From Candidatus Sulfomarinibacter sp. (GTDB taxonomy: Bacteria; Acidobacteriota; Thermoanaerobaculia; Thermoanaerobaculales; Sulfomarinibacteraceae): a DNA stretch of 64,000 nt. This document shows, piece after piece, positions 1 to 9,256 of the stretch. The position numbers and the translations under genes were made by a program. The notes below the pieces were generated by a model. It saw only the letters and a list, made by a program, of their open reading frames with translations, ran no database searches and was not told the DNA's origin. The first letter of the stretch is position 1; each line of letters opens with the position of its first letter. The stretch spans positions 3,811-67,810 of the forward strand of contig JBFFBV010000014.1 in the NCBI GenBank assembly GCA_041560205.1, read 5' to 3'.

Positions 1-544
1 GGGCGCAGCGCCTGCACAGATTGCAGCGGTAGGAGAGCTCGATCAGGCGCGCCACGACCTCCCAGTTGAGGTCAATGTCGCCGTGGACCTTGGGTGACTC
101 CTTCTTGACGTACTTGAAGTAGATCCGGCGCAGGATCTCGGAGCGGTAGATCGGACGGTAGAGCTCGTTCTCGCCGCTCTCTTCATAGATGGGACAGGCG
201 TCGGAGCAGGTCTGGCAGTGGGCGCAGTGCTCCATCGACATCTCGAAGGGCTGCAGGAAGGCCCAGTTGTCATCGGTGCTCATGCACTTTTCGAGGCCAC
301 TCAGAAAACCTTGGACGAGGCGGTCTTCCTCCTCCTTCGACTTCGGCTTGGGGATATTGACCGCGATGGTGTCGTCGAGCACGACGTACTTTTCGCGCGC
401 CTCATCCGTGAGCTGCGCGAACGGCGGCTCCTCGTCGAGCTTGTCGAACGGCGGCGGCAGCGGGATCTGCTCGAGCGGATTGATATGAGCCAGCGGCTGG
501 CCCGGGTTCTTGGCGATGTCTTTCACGCTGTCCGGTTGTCTCAT
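1..544 (-). CDS. Fe-S cluster-binding oxidoreductase, HdrD/DsrK-like (5' part only; gene continues past left edge)
   Basis: Own translation of minus strand from ATG at 544 (ATGA overlap with stop of upstream gene): MRQPDSVKDIAKNPGQPLAHINPLEQ...MSMEHCAHCQTCSDACPIYEE...LSYRCNLCRRCA. Has ferredoxin-type CxxCxxCxxxCP plus a second CxxCxxC. Absent from ORF track because no stop lies in the window. Confidence 0.6.
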   Translation of the reverse strand, partial: MRQPDSVKDIAKNPGQPLAHINPLEQIPLPPPFDKLDEEPPFAQLTDEAREKYVVLDDTIAVNIPKPKSKEEEDRLVQGFLSGLEKCMSTDDNWAFLQPFEMSMEHCAHCQTCSDACPIYEESGENELYRPIYRSEILRRIYFKYVKKESPKVHGDIDLNWEVVARLIELSYRCNLCRRCA

Positions 545-1491
545 TTGCTCTCTACCTCCGGCTCCTCAGTAGCTACGTCGAGCCAGGTCTTCTTACCGTC
601 GCCCTTGATGTGCTCGGCGGGCCACGAGATCGGCCGATGGAGCAGTTCTTCGATCACCTTCTCCTCCTTGCCGCCGCGCAGGTTCGGATCGTCCTTCCAG
701 CGGATCGCGTGGTAGGCGAAGTACTTGCCGACGAAGTGCGACATGTGGGTGGTCGGGATGTAGGCCGTCAGCAGTGACAGCAGCACCACAGACAGCATGA
801 GCAGCAGCACGCCGGTACCGCTGCCCAACGATGCCATATTGAATGTCGCGAGGTTGGCGACGAATGCCGAAACCAAAGAAAAGTCGCGGTCGTAACCGAT
901 GAAGGTAACCAACGCGACGCCAAAGGCGACGATGAAGAACACCAAGTTGAAGTAGTCCGCAGGCGCCGTGTAGTCTCTCAGCTCACGACTCCTGCGCCGC
1001 AGGAAGAGGCCGGTTGCCCCGAGGATGCCGAGCACGAGTCCCGCGCCGCCAAGCCACGGGGCCACGAAGCCGATCACGTTGTTGACCGGGGTCGCCACAC
1101 CCACCGGCAACAGGGCGCCAACGATACCACCGACCAGCAGCAGGATCGTTGTGGCGGCGACCAGGTAGAGCCCGAAGTGGAAGGGAAACGAGCGTGTCCA
1201 GAGCTTCTGGTTGTGCTCCCTGAGGGCGACCAGGAAGAGGATCTCCGGAACCATCACCTTGAACTCCCCGAGGAGGGACACCTCGCGTTTTTTCTTCCAC
1301 CAGTCGCTCTCCTCGAGGTAGGAGCCGCCGTAGGCCGCGCGTCCCCCTCCCTCGTGAGCCACCGGGTAGAGCTCCCATCTCAGATGCATCGGCATCTTCG
1401 ACCAGAAGACGAATCGCGCAGCGACCGCAATCAGGAAGAAAACGATGCCGAGGTAGGCGATGACGTAGACGAGAGTAGTCATCAATATCAC
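541..1491 (-). CDS. NarI/DsrM-like polytopic membrane (putative heme b) subunit
   Basis: 316-aa ORF with multiple hydrophobic helices and loop 'MPMHLRWELYPVAHE'. Translationally coupled (ATGA) to the downstream HdrD-like Fe-S gene, the usual DsrMK/HdrDE-type pairing. SD GAGAGG (1497-1492) fits ATG at 1482 better than GTG at 1491. Confidence 0.5.
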   Translation of the reverse strand: MILMTTLVYVIAYLGIVFFLIAVAARFVFWSKMPMHLRWELYPVAHEGGGRAAYGGSYLEESDWWKKKREVSLLGEFKVMVPEILFLVALREHNQKLWTRSFPFHFGLYLVAATTILLLVGGIVGALLPVGVATPVNNVIGFVAPWLGGAGLVLGILGATGLFLRRRSRELRDYTAPADYFNLVFFIVAFGVALVTFIGYDRDFSLVSAFVANLATFNMASLGSGTGVLLLMLSVVLLSLLTAYIPTTHMSHFVGKYFAYHAIRWKDDPNLRGGKEEKVIEELLHRPISWPAEHIKGDGKKTWLDVATEEPEVESK

Positions 1492-1504
1492 CTCTCAAAT
1501 CGAG

Positions 1505-1510
1505 ATTATA
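1505..1510 (-). promoter_or_regulatory. -10 box TATAAT (minus strand) for the 541-1491 operon
   Basis: Plus-strand attata = perfect TATAAT on minus strand, about 8 nt upstream of the SD, inside a lower-GC 319-nt intergenic region. Confidence 0.35.
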
Positions 1511-1810
1511 GAACCAATTTCGGCTCTTGAAATAGCATATCGGCCACAAGGGACCTTTCGAACACCGGACGGTGAACAGCTCTTGCGCGCAGCACTTCGG
1601 TCGTCAATTCGCAATTTTTATTCCCTAGTGAACTGCTCGGGTTTCAGCCGATCTGGTTGCCACGAAACACTTTGGCCCCTTCTCCAAAACTTGGGCAGCA
1701 CAGAAGATCGAAACCATCCGATCGGTATCGAGCGTGTGAACGAGATCCTGTCGCAGGCGCTAGGGTCTTCGACCCTCTCAAGGATCGTTACGTGGAGGTA
1801 ACCGTTGTCC

Positions 1811-2554
1811 TCACCGATCGGCGGAGGTCTCGTCGTCGAGGTACCTCTTTCGGACCCAACCGGGGATGAGTGACAGCAACACGAAAAACAGTGCCGCGAC
1901 ACCGAGGTACCAGAGCGTCTTCCCGAAATCCCCGGTGCGGACCGAGCCGGCGGCGAAGTTGTAGGCGATGGTCGCCGGGAGCATGCAGGGCAGAGTCACG
2001 AGGACATAGGTCTTGAGCGGGATGTCGGTCAGGCCGTAGACATAGTTCTGGACGTTGAATGGAAAGACCGGCACCAACCGCGTCACCATCAACATCCGCC
2101 AGCCCATGCGCCGCACCCCCTCGTCGATCTTTCTGAGGCCCGGGTTCTTCTGCACCATGCCTTCGACTGACTCACGTGCGGCGTAACGTCCGATGAGAAA
2201 GGCTGCGATGGCTCCGAGGTTGGCCCCGACGGTCGTCCAGACCGAGCCCCACACGGCTCCGAAGATCAGACCTCCGGCGATGGTCATCGCCAGACCCGGG
2301 AGGAAGAGGACACTGGCGACGATCCACAGCAGGACAAAGATCGCGGGAGCCCACCATCCGAGATCCGAGAACCAGGCCTCGAGTTGGTCGATGTTGTCGA
2401 CCGTCAGCAACTCGAACAGGCCCATCCTCCATGCGACCGTCACACCCACGGCGATCGCCACGAGGGCCAGAGGCAGCTTCCACTTGCCCCCTTGCCGTCC
2501 CTCCTCATCGCCCCGGGCGGCCTGTTTCATCACAGCGATCTCCGTTTTCGACAC
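1811..2554 (-). CDS. TVP38/TMEM64 (DedA-related) family membrane protein
   Basis: 247 aa, multi-TM, 'LFLPGLAMTIAGGLIFG...VTRLVPVFPFNVQNYVYGLT' typical of the SNARE-associated/TVP38 family. GTG start preceded by GAGGAGGA. Confidence 0.7.
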   Translation of the reverse strand: MSKTEIAVMKQAARGDEEGRQGGKWKLPLALVAIAVGVTVAWRMGLFELLTVDNIDQLEAWFSDLGWWAPAIFVLLWIVASVLFLPGLAMTIAGGLIFGAVWGSVWTTVGANLGAIAAFLIGRYAARESVEGMVQKNPGLRKIDEGVRRMGWRMLMVTRLVPVFPFNVQNYVYGLTDIPLKTYVLVTLPCMLPATIAYNFAAGSVRTGDFGKTLWYLGVAALFFVLLSLIPGWVRKRYLDDETSADR

Positions 2555-2681
2555 CTCGTCCTCCTCGAACGGCCCGTGCCGTCATGAAGGACTTGTCCGT
2601 GACACCCCGGGTGGTAACCGGCAGAGCCACGGCCCCGAGTCGTTTTGTTCCAGCCAGGATGAGCTCACTGCTCCCCGAGGG

Positions 2682-3824
2682 TCACGGTTCTTCGCCCCTC
2701 AAGAGCCGCTCGACCAGCGCGGGAAACCACGATCCGTCCGGAACCTGAATCATCCAGCCGTTGAGGTAATAGGTCGGCGTCGCTCGAACCCCCACCATCT
2801 GCCCCAGACTCATCTGCCGGTGGACCCCGTCGATCGAAGGTGGCCGGAGATAGCACTCGCGAAACGCGGCGTCATCGAGACCGCGACCCGCGATGAAATC
2901 GATCGAAGTCGGTGTCACCAGAGAGACCTCCATCTCCCGCTGCAAGCTGTAAAAGGTCTCCTTGAAGGGGATCAGGGCTTGAGGATCCTGCAGCCCAACG
3001 CACCAGGAGGCGGTGGCGGCTCGGAATGCCCACGGGTGGATCTGGATCAGCGGATAACTCACCATGCCGTGGCGCACCTTGCCCGCGTTCTTTTTGAGGA
3101 CCATGTTGACAAGCGGCCATTTCCCCTTGCACGCGGGGCACTCGAGGTCCGAAAATTCGACGATCTCGAGGGGAGCGTTTTCGCCGGATTCGGTGTCCCA
3201 GACGACGAGGTTGCTCTCGGCCAACATCCGCCGCCGATAGGCCACCGGGTCTTCGCTGAGCGGCATCTCGGTACTGATGACCAGGTATTTTCCGTCCGAG
3301 GAGACTGCCGCCTGTCGCCGATACGTGCCGTAGCCGCTGTCGATCTTCAGATACATCGGGATCAGCGCACCAGGGCGACGCGGTCCGACATTCCACTCGA
3401 TCTCGACCTTCATGCCCATGCTCGCCTTGAGCGCTTCAGGAATGAAGCCCGACAAAAACGTGCGCAGCGCGTCCGGGCTGCCACCGGCATCTTGAAAGGG
3501 CGGCAGCTCGCCGACGCTGCCGAGCCAGATCCTATCGGCGACCTCGTCGACGAGCATCGTCGGCTTGCCGGTCAACACCTTGCTCGCGCAGGTACGCTCC
3601 ACCTCGATGCGACGGTAGGACCCAGAGGCGGTCAGAAATCGTTCGTTCGAAACGAGCTTGAACACCGAGTTCGGGTACCAGGCGACGGCCCGCTGGACGT
3701 AGCGCATGACCTTCGGCGCCGGTTCCGGTGCGGGTGGGTCCTCGCTCTGCGCCCACAGCGGAACGGCGAGAACCAACAGCAACCCTGGGCACGCACCCAA
3801 CAAATGACGCAGTCTCATCCTCAT
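2682..3824 (-). CDS. secreted DsbA-family thioredoxin-fold protein
   Basis: Signal peptide (LLLVLAVPLWAQS). C-terminal domain has 'EFSDLECPACKGKWP' (CxxC) and 'RATPTYYLNG', as in DsbA-like thiol:disulfide oxidoreductases. Confidence 0.65.
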   Translation of the reverse strand: MRMRLRHLLGACPGLLLVLAVPLWAQSEDPPAPEPAPKVMRYVQRAVAWYPNSVFKLVSNERFLTASGSYRRIEVERTCASKVLTGKPTMLVDEVADRIWLGSVGELPPFQDAGGSPDALRTFLSGFIPEALKASMGMKVEIEWNVGPRRPGALIPMYLKIDSGYGTYRRQAAVSSDGKYLVISTEMPLSEDPVAYRRRMLAESNLVVWDTESGENAPLEIVEFSDLECPACKGKWPLVNMVLKKNAGKVRHGMVSYPLIQIHPWAFRAATASWCVGLQDPQALIPFKETFYSLQREMEVSLVTPTSIDFIAGRGLDDAAFRECYLRPPSIDGVHRQMSLGQMVGVRATPTYYLNGWMIQVPDGSWFPALVERLLRGEEP

Positions 3825-3841
3825 TCACATCTCCCAACCAA

Positions 3842-3850
3842 AGTGTAGCA
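3842..3850 (-). promoter_or_regulatory. extended -10-like TGCTACACT upstream of 2682-3824
   Basis: Minus-strand TGCTACACT followed by GGGAGA SD and ATG. Member of the recurrent TGCTACAnT motif (see findings). Confidence 0.35.
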
Positions 3851-3869
3851 GCGGCGGTGGGGGCAAATT

Positions 3870-4925
3870 TTACTCGGGCGCCTCGGTCACTTCTTCTTCT
3901 GCCTCTGGTGTGGCCGCTGCGTCAGACCCCGGCAGCAGCCCCAGCGCCTCACGCAGCTTGACCTCGACCTCGCCTGCGACGTCCTGGTTCTCGCTCAAGA
4001 ACTGTCGCGCGGCCTCACGGCCCTGGCCGATCCGGGTGTCGCCGTAGGAGTACCAGGACCCCGACTTCTGGACCAGCCGGTGCTCCACCCCGAGATCGAG
4101 GAGCTCGCCGGTTAGGGAAATGCCCTCGCCGTACAGGATGTCGAACTCGGCGACCTTGAAGGGCGCGGCGACCTTGTTCTTGGCAACCTTTGCCTTGGTG
4201 CGATTGCCGACCACCTTGTCGCCCTGTTTGATGGAGCTCGTCCGCCGGATATCGATGCGAACCGACGAGTAGAACTTGAGGGCGCGGCCTCCGGTCGTGG
4301 TCTCGGGGTTGCCGAACATGACGCCGATCTTCTCCCGCACCTGGTTGATGAAGATCAGGCTCGTGTTCGATTTGGAGACGATTCCTGCGAGCTTGCGCAG
4401 CGCCTGCGACATCAGTCGTGCCTGCAATCCCATCTGCGCGTCGCCCATGTCTCCCTCGAGCTCCGACCGGGGCACCAGCGCGGCCACCGAGTCGACCACG
4501 ATGGCGTCCACCGAACCGGAGCGGATCAGCGTCTCCGCAATCTCGAGCGCCTGCTCACCGAAGTCGGGCTGCGAGATCAACAACTCTTCGAGGTTGACCC
4601 CGAGGTTGCCGGCGTAATCGGGATCCAGAGCGTGCTCGGCGTCAATGAACGCGACCAACCCGCCGGCCTTCTGGGCGTTGGCGATGATGTGGAGGGCGAG
4701 CGTCGTCTTGCCCGACGATTCCGGACCGTAGATCTCGATGACCCGCCCCCGCGGAACGCCGCCGATTCCGAGCGCCGCATCGAGGGTCAGCGAACCCGTC
4801 GGGATCACGTTGACCCGCACCTGGGGCTTCTCGCCCAGGCGCATCAGCGAGCCCTTTCCGAACTGACGCTCGATCTGACCGATGGCGGTCTCCAATGCCT
4901 TCACTTTGTCGGCCTTCTGATTCAT
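3870..4925 (-). CDS. recA: recombinase RecA
   Basis: 351 aa. '[23 protein letters not shown]', Walker A '[13 protein letters not shown]', '[38 protein letters not shown]'. Confidence 0.97.
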   Translation of the reverse strand: MNQKADKVKALETAIGQIERQFGKGSLMRLGEKPQVRVNVIPTGSLTLDAALGIGGVPRGRVIEIYGPESSGKTTLALHIIANAQKAGGLVAFIDAEHALDPDYAGNLGVNLEELLISQPDFGEQALEIAETLIRSGSVDAIVVDSVAALVPRSELEGDMGDAQMGLQARLMSQALRKLAGIVSKSNTSLIFINQVREKIGVMFGNPETTTGGRALKFYSSVRIDIRRTSSIKQGDKVVGNRTKAKVAKNKVAAPFKVAEFDILYGEGISLTGELLDLGVEHRLVQKSGSWYSYGDTRIGQGREAARQFLSENQDVAGEVEVKLREALGLLPGSDAAATPEAEEEVTEAPE

Positions 4926-5301
4926 CAGAATCTCCTTACTGCGGATGCAGCGTGGTGGGACGCGACCATCCTAGGTGGCTCCGAAGCACACGTCAAGATC
5001 CCCGGTTTCGGGGCCCTGAGCCGACGCCGGGCGAGAGCTATGTGACCCCGCGTCACCGACATTCTCCACCCGCAGCACGGGCGCCCCGGACGGCGAAGGA
5101 AGTGCATCGGAGACGAGCACTCCGTCCCTCGGACGAGACATCATGTCCAGACAAGCGGACACCTTGTGTCCCCGACGGGAGCCGCTGCAAACGGGCGGAG
5201 GGATGCCGATAGGAAGCGGCGTGGTCCCTCCTCAGTTCGCTGAGCCCTGCTCCGCGCAATCAACCTGGTGACGCAGGAAGCTGACACGACCCGCTGATCG
5301 A

Positions 5302-5820
5302 TCAGTCGACCGGGTATTGCTCGTCGTAGACCTTGATCACTGCGTCCGTGATGTTGGCCCCGTCGGCCACGTAGACGAGCGGCTGTGCGTTGAGCACAAA
5401 GATCGCGTCGAATCCGTTCGCCTCAGCGTACTCGCTGGCAACGCTCCCCACCCTGGTCGCCACCTGGGAGAGGAACTCGTTCTGCTTGCTCTCGAGGTCG
5501 CGGTTGAAGGCTCTCCCCGCATCCTCGAAATCGCGCCGCGCCTGCACGAGATCTCGCTCGAGCTGCGAAATGGCATCTGCCGACGCGATCGTACGCTGGG
5601 TGTTGAGCTGTTGGGTCAGCTCGGCCACGCGGTTCCGCATCGTTTCAAGCTCCTGCCGCTTGGGGCCGGCCCACGCCTCCAAGGCCTGAAGCTGACGTTG
5701 GCCCTCCTTGACCGATGCCACCGCCCGTTCCGCATCGAGGAAGCCAATGTTTCCGGCTGCCGCCGGCAGGGCGGCGCAGATCGCCAGCAGGACGATGATC
5801 GATCGCATGATGAGTCGCAT
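5302..5820 (-). CDS. OmpH/Skp-family periplasmic chaperone
   Basis: Start moved to ATG at 5820 (GGAGGTG SD 4 nt upstream). Has a signal peptide 'MRSIIVLLAICAALPAAAG' and a coiled-coil core with 'FLDAERAV...'. The C-terminus 'ANGFDAIFV...VYVADGANITDAVIKVYD' is typical of Skp. Confidence 0.75.
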   Translation of the reverse strand: MRLIMRSIIVLLAICAALPAAAGNIGFLDAERAVASVKEGQRQLQALEAWAGPKRQELETMRNRVAELTQQLNTQRTIASADAISQLERDLVQARRDFEDAGRAFNRDLESKQNEFLSQVATRVGSVASEYAEANGFDAIFVLNAQPLVYVADGANITDAVIKVYDEQYPVD

Positions 5821-5884
5821 TGCCACCTCCCGACCCGCTCGCGCACCCTGTCGTGCGTCCCGAGCAGGCTCGAATCGACCGCGG

Positions 5885-5893
5885 ATTGTAGCA
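5885..5893 (-). promoter_or_regulatory. extended -10-like TGCTACAAT for skp-like gene
   Basis: Minus-strand TGCTACAAT about 60 nt upstream of ATG 5820. Back-to-back with the plus-strand copy at 5966. Confidence 0.4.
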
Positions 5894-5965
5894 CGCCGAG
5901 GCACCGTTCCCGTGCGATGGCTCCGGCCGCGGGATCGAGACGCCAGGGTCGGCACGGGTCGTGCA

Positions 5966-5974
5966 TGCTACAGT
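5966..5974 (+). promoter_or_regulatory. extended -10-like TGCTACAGT, candidate promoter of the 6045-16200 operon
   Basis: Plus-strand TGCTACAGT about 70 nt upstream of ATG 6045. No other promoter-like element seen before 16200. Confidence 0.4.
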
Positions 5975-6044
5975 TCGGAATGACCCTCCAACGGCGTCGA
6001 GTTGCCATATCGAGAGGGTCGGAGCCGACAGAGAGACCAGACCT

Positions 6045-6890
6045 ATGCCGAGCAACGATCAGAAGCTCATATTCGCCGCGGTAGCCGCCCTGCTGGCGGT
6101 CGCTCTCGGGTGCACGTCCAGCGGTCCCAGCACCTCGCAGGCGCCTCCCGAGACCCCGGAGAGGAAGCCGCCGGCGACCGGTGCTACCGGTGGAGAGCAG
6201 GGCGAACAGGGGCGGGACGGCGGCGGCCAGGGTGGCGGCGGCACGGGCAGCGGCGCGAGTGGCGGTGAAGGATCCGAAGGATCGTCTTCGGGGCAAGATG
6301 GAGCGGCAGGCGGCGCCGGGGATTCAGCGACCGAGGGTGGGGCGTCACACCAGAGCGCTTCCGGTGGTGCCGGCCAGCCCGGCGGTTCTCCGGCCGGAAG
6401 TCAGCGTCCGGCAGGCTCCCCCACCACGGGCGACGAGGCGGCCTCCACGCTCGACGACAGGCTCAAGGGGTCGCTCGAGGAATTCGATCAACAGATGCGC
6501 GAAGAGATGGAACGCCTGGCCGAAGAAAAGGAGGCCGCAGAGGTTGCCGGCGAGCGCGCCTCCGGCAGTGAGGCGGGCTCTGCAAGCGCTTCGAGCGGGG
6601 GAGCTTCCGGAGAGTCGAGCGCCGGGAACCGATCGGCATCGGGCGGCACGGATGGGAGTGCGGAGGAGGGGGGCGATTCAGCCGGCTCCGTCGGTGGCTC
6701 GGGGCCGGGAGCATCCGGATCGGACCGGGTGCCGGCCGACGTCGGTGATGGATCAGACGACGACATCGTAGCTCGCCAGCTCCGCGAGGCCGCGATGGCC
6801 GAGGACGACCCGGAGCTGAGGGCGAAGCTGTGGGAGGAGTACCGCCGGTACAAGGCCTCGCTCGGCGCCTCGGGCAAGGACGGTGCCTGA
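6045..6890 (+). CDS. lipoprotein with long Gly/Ser/Ala/Glu-rich disordered region
   Basis: Start moved to ATG 6045. Lipobox 'LLAVALGC'. Has a low-complexity core and a conserved-looking helical tail 'DDDIVARQLREAAMAEDDPELRAKLWEEYRRYK'. Confidence 0.5.
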   Translation: MPSNDQKLIFAAVAALLAVALGCTSSGPSTSQAPPETPERKPPATGATGGEQGEQGRDGGGQGGGGTGSGASGGEGSEGSSSGQDGAAGGAGDSATEGGASHQSASGGAGQPGGSPAGSQRPAGSPTTGDEAASTLDDRLKGSLEEFDQQMREEMERLAEEKEAAEVAGERASGSEAGSASASSGGASGESSAGNRSASGGTDGSAEEGGDSAGSVGGSGPGASGSDRVPADVGDGSDDDIVARQLREAAMAEDDPELRAKLWEEYRRYKASLGASGKDGA

Positions 6891-8155
6891 TGCGACACCG
6901 GATCGGTCGACGTCGATGGCCAGTCACGGGGACGGTCCTGGCTCTTCTCCTCGGGAGCGGCTGCGCCTCGCAAAATCCCTCGGGGACAGCATCCGTGCCC
7001 GCGATTCAGGCGGCGCAGGAAATTCCTCGAGAACAACTTTTGGACGTCGGCGTCACGGTCTTCGACCCCGGCTTGCCGCCCGAAGGTCAGCCGGTGCCCG
7101 AAGACGTCTTTCCGGAGCTGCGCAAGGCGGAGGCCAGGTTCCAGGCCATCCAGCTGATGGAAACCATACAGAGCACCGGCCAGTGGGGCGCAGTCCGCGT
7201 TCTCCCGGCGGGGCACGGCACGACCGATCTCAGGGTGTCGGGAACGATCCTGCTGTCCACCGGTCTCAAGCTCGCCCTCGACATCCGTGCGGTGGACTCA
7301 CGAGGTAAGGTCTGGCTCGAGCGACGTTACCGAGCTCAGGCCGACGATCTGGCGTATATGGGCAGTGGGATCGAGAGGCGCGACCCCTTCCAGTCGATCT
7401 ACAACGAGATCTCCAACGACCTCCTCGAGGTCCGGACCAAGCTTCGCGCAGGCGAGCCGCAGGAGATCCGACAGGTCTCGAGGCTTCTCTTCGCCGCTGA
7501 TCTCGCGCCCGATATCTTCGAGGGCTATCTGACCACAAACACGAAGGGGCGGACGATCGTCAAGCGGCTGCCGGCGCGCGGCGACCCGATGATCTCGCGG
7601 GTCGACACCATCCGGGCGAGTGAAAACCTCTTCATCGACACCCTCGACCAAAACTACGCCTCGTTCTTCGCCACGATGGAGGAGCCGTACGGGAGCTGGC
7701 GCAAGTACACCTACGAGGAGGAAAAGGCCTACAAGGCGCTCAAACGCAAGGCCTTGACGCAACAGATCCTGGGTGGTCTGGCGATCCTCGGCGCCGCCCT
7801 CGCGGACCCCGGTTCGCCTGCAGCGTCGGTTGCCCGCGACGCCGCCATGATCGGCGGCATGGCCGCCATCCACGCCGGAATCGCGACCTCCAAGGAAGCC
7901 AAGATCCACGCCGAGGCGATCCGCGAGCTCGCCGCGTCGGTGGAGACCGAGCTCGAACCCGTCGTCATCGAGGTCAAGGGTCAGACCCTGCGCCTCTCGG
8001 GCTCTGCCGAGACCCAGTACGAGGAGTGGCGACGTCTGCTGCGCGAGATCTGGGCCACCGAGACCGGTCTGCCCGTGGATCCCAACCAGCCCGGTGCGAC
8101 CGTGGGCGGTGCGGCAGGCGCCAGCTCTGTGAACGACCCTCCGGGCTTGCGGTAG
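6890..8155 (+). CDS. lipoprotein, unknown function
   Basis: ATGA overlap with previous gene. 'VLALLLGSGCASQ' lipobox. Globular N-domain and C-terminal Gly/Ala-rich hydrophobic helix. Confidence 0.55.
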   Translation: MRHRIGRRRWPVTGTVLALLLGSGCASQNPSGTASVPAIQAAQEIPREQLLDVGVTVFDPGLPPEGQPVPEDVFPELRKAEARFQAIQLMETIQSTGQWGAVRVLPAGHGTTDLRVSGTILLSTGLKLALDIRAVDSRGKVWLERRYRAQADDLAYMGSGIERRDPFQSIYNEISNDLLEVRTKLRAGEPQEIRQVSRLLFAADLAPDIFEGYLTTNTKGRTIVKRLPARGDPMISRVDTIRASENLFIDTLDQNYASFFATMEEPYGSWRKYTYEEEKAYKALKRKALTQQILGGLAILGAALADPGSPAASVARDAAMIGGMAAIHAGIATSKEAKIHAEAIRELAASVETELEPVVIEVKGQTLRLSGSAETQYEEWRRLLREIWATETGLPVDPNQPGATVGGAAGASSVNDPPGLR

Positions 8156-8158
8156 GCG

Positions 8159-9256
8159 ATGGACGGAGGCAGGCACAAACCACAGCTGCAGCCCCCGCCA
8201 CGCGTGCCCGCAGCGGGGGGGGCCGACCCGGGGGCCGGTTCCAAACAACCAGGGGCGCGGACCGGCATGCAAGCCATGCGTATCGCCGCAATCGCCGCCA
8301 TGGTCCTCGCATTGATCTTCGTCTTCGTGGTCCTTCCGCGATGGCAGGAAGGGCGACAGGATCGTCTGAGGGATTCAGCCGGGCTCAAGCCGTCGCCCAA
8401 TCCACGGACACCGATTCAAGACGCGGGTCGACCCCTTCCGCCTGTGGAATCCACTCCTCTGGAGCCCAGTTCGCCACCGACTGCCACCACTACCCCGGCG
8501 CCGACACCCTACCGCCCGCCTCGGGAGAACCCGCAGCGCCAACAGTCGGCCGCCGAGCGTCAGTTCGTCGATGCCATGTCCGACGGTCTCGCGGCGCTCG
8601 AGCAACGGCAGTGGCAGGCCGCAACCGACGCCTTCGAGCGCGCGTCGCGGCTGCGCCCGGAGGCACCCGAGGTTACTGATGGGCTTGCCCGTGCGAAGGC
8701 GGGCCAGCGCTTGGAAACCATCGCCGACGGTCTCCGGCGAGCGCAATCGCTCGAGCAGCGCGAAGCGTGGCGGGAGGCCGAATCGACCTACTCGGCGGTG
8801 TTGGCGATCGATCCCGAGTCCGCGCCCGCCCTCGCAGGACAGCGCAGGACCGAGGCGCGGGCCGCTCTCGACGAGAAGCTCGAGTATCACATCGCCAACC
8901 CGGCCCGCCTCACCAACGAGGACGTCTTTGCTGACGCCTCCTCGGCCCTCGACGAGGCGATGGAGACCCTTCCGAGTGGGCCTCGGCTCGAATCGCAGGT
9001 CGGCCGTCTCGAGGCCCTCCTCGAAGAGGCTTCGACGCCGGTGCCGGTCGTCCTGGAGTCGGACGCGCTGACCGAGGTCGTGGTGTATCGCTTCGGCCGC
9101 CTGGGCACCTTCATCCGTCACGAGATCAGTCTCAAACCAGGTACCTACACCGTGGTCGGGAGCCGCAACGGCTTTCGCGACGTGCGCCTCCAGCTGGTCG
9201 TCAATCCCGGGTCTCCACCCGAGCCACTCGTGGTACGGTGCACGGAAGGTTTATGA
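8159..9256 (+). CDS. membrane-anchored protein with TPR-like helical repeats and C-terminal beta-sandwich
   Basis: TM helix 'IAAIAAMVLALIFVFVVL' (alternative start ATG 8267), Pro-rich linker, and TPR-like 'WQAATDAFERASRLRPEAPE...WREAESTYSAVLAIDPESAPA'. The tail is PEGA/CarboxypepD_reg-like: 'LKPGTYTVVGSRNGFRDVRLQLVV'. Confidence 0.5.
   Translation: MDGGRHKPQLQPPPRVPAAGGADPGAGSKQPGARTGMQAMRIAAIAAMVLALIFVFVVLPRWQEGRQDRLRDSAGLKPSPNPRTPIQDAGRPLPPVESTPLEPSSPPTATTTPAPTPYRPPRENPQRQQSAAERQFVDAMSDGLAALEQRQWQAATDAFERASRLRPEAPEVTDGLARAKAGQRLETIADGLRRAQSLEQREAWREAESTYSAVLAIDPESAPALAGQRRTEARAALDEKLEYHIANPARLTNEDVFADASSALDEAMETLPSGPRLESQVGRLEALLEEASTPVPVVLESDALTEVVVYRFGRLGTFIRHEISLKPGTYTVVGSRNGFRDVRLQLVVNPGSPPEPLVVRCTEGL

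Noticed and set aside
2193-3848. Very long ORFs lying antisense to recognisable genes. Examples: 2193-3848 (+, 551 aa), 20341-22593 (+, 750 aa, opposite ligA), 49411-50691 (-), 60208-61215 (-), 14773-15720 (-), 24373-25509 (+), 7298-8272 (-), 9625-10557 (-), 44918-45985 (-).
   Set aside because: They are Arg/Pro/Gly/Ala-rich with no recognisable motifs. Each is shadowed by an opposite-strand ORF with clear family signatures. This is the usual stop-codon-poor artefact of GC-rich DNA.
5083-5130. 'CGAAGGAAGTGC' plus a local hairpin upstream of recA, considered as an SRP (4.5S) RNA helix-8 motif.
   Set aside because: The conserved GGAA tetraloop closure and AGCAGC/GGCAG loops are absent. Only a 7-nt AAGGAAG coincidence is shared.
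4926-5301. A LexA/SOS box in the 376-nt region upstream of recA; the palindrome GGACAC-CTT-GTGTCC at 5157-5171 was noted.
   Set aside because: No CTGT-N8-ACAG, GAAC-N4-GTTC or GTTC-N7-GTTC type box was seen. The palindrome is about 235 nt from the start codon and upstream of the likely TAGGAT -10 (4968-4973). It is not supportable as an operator from sequence alone.
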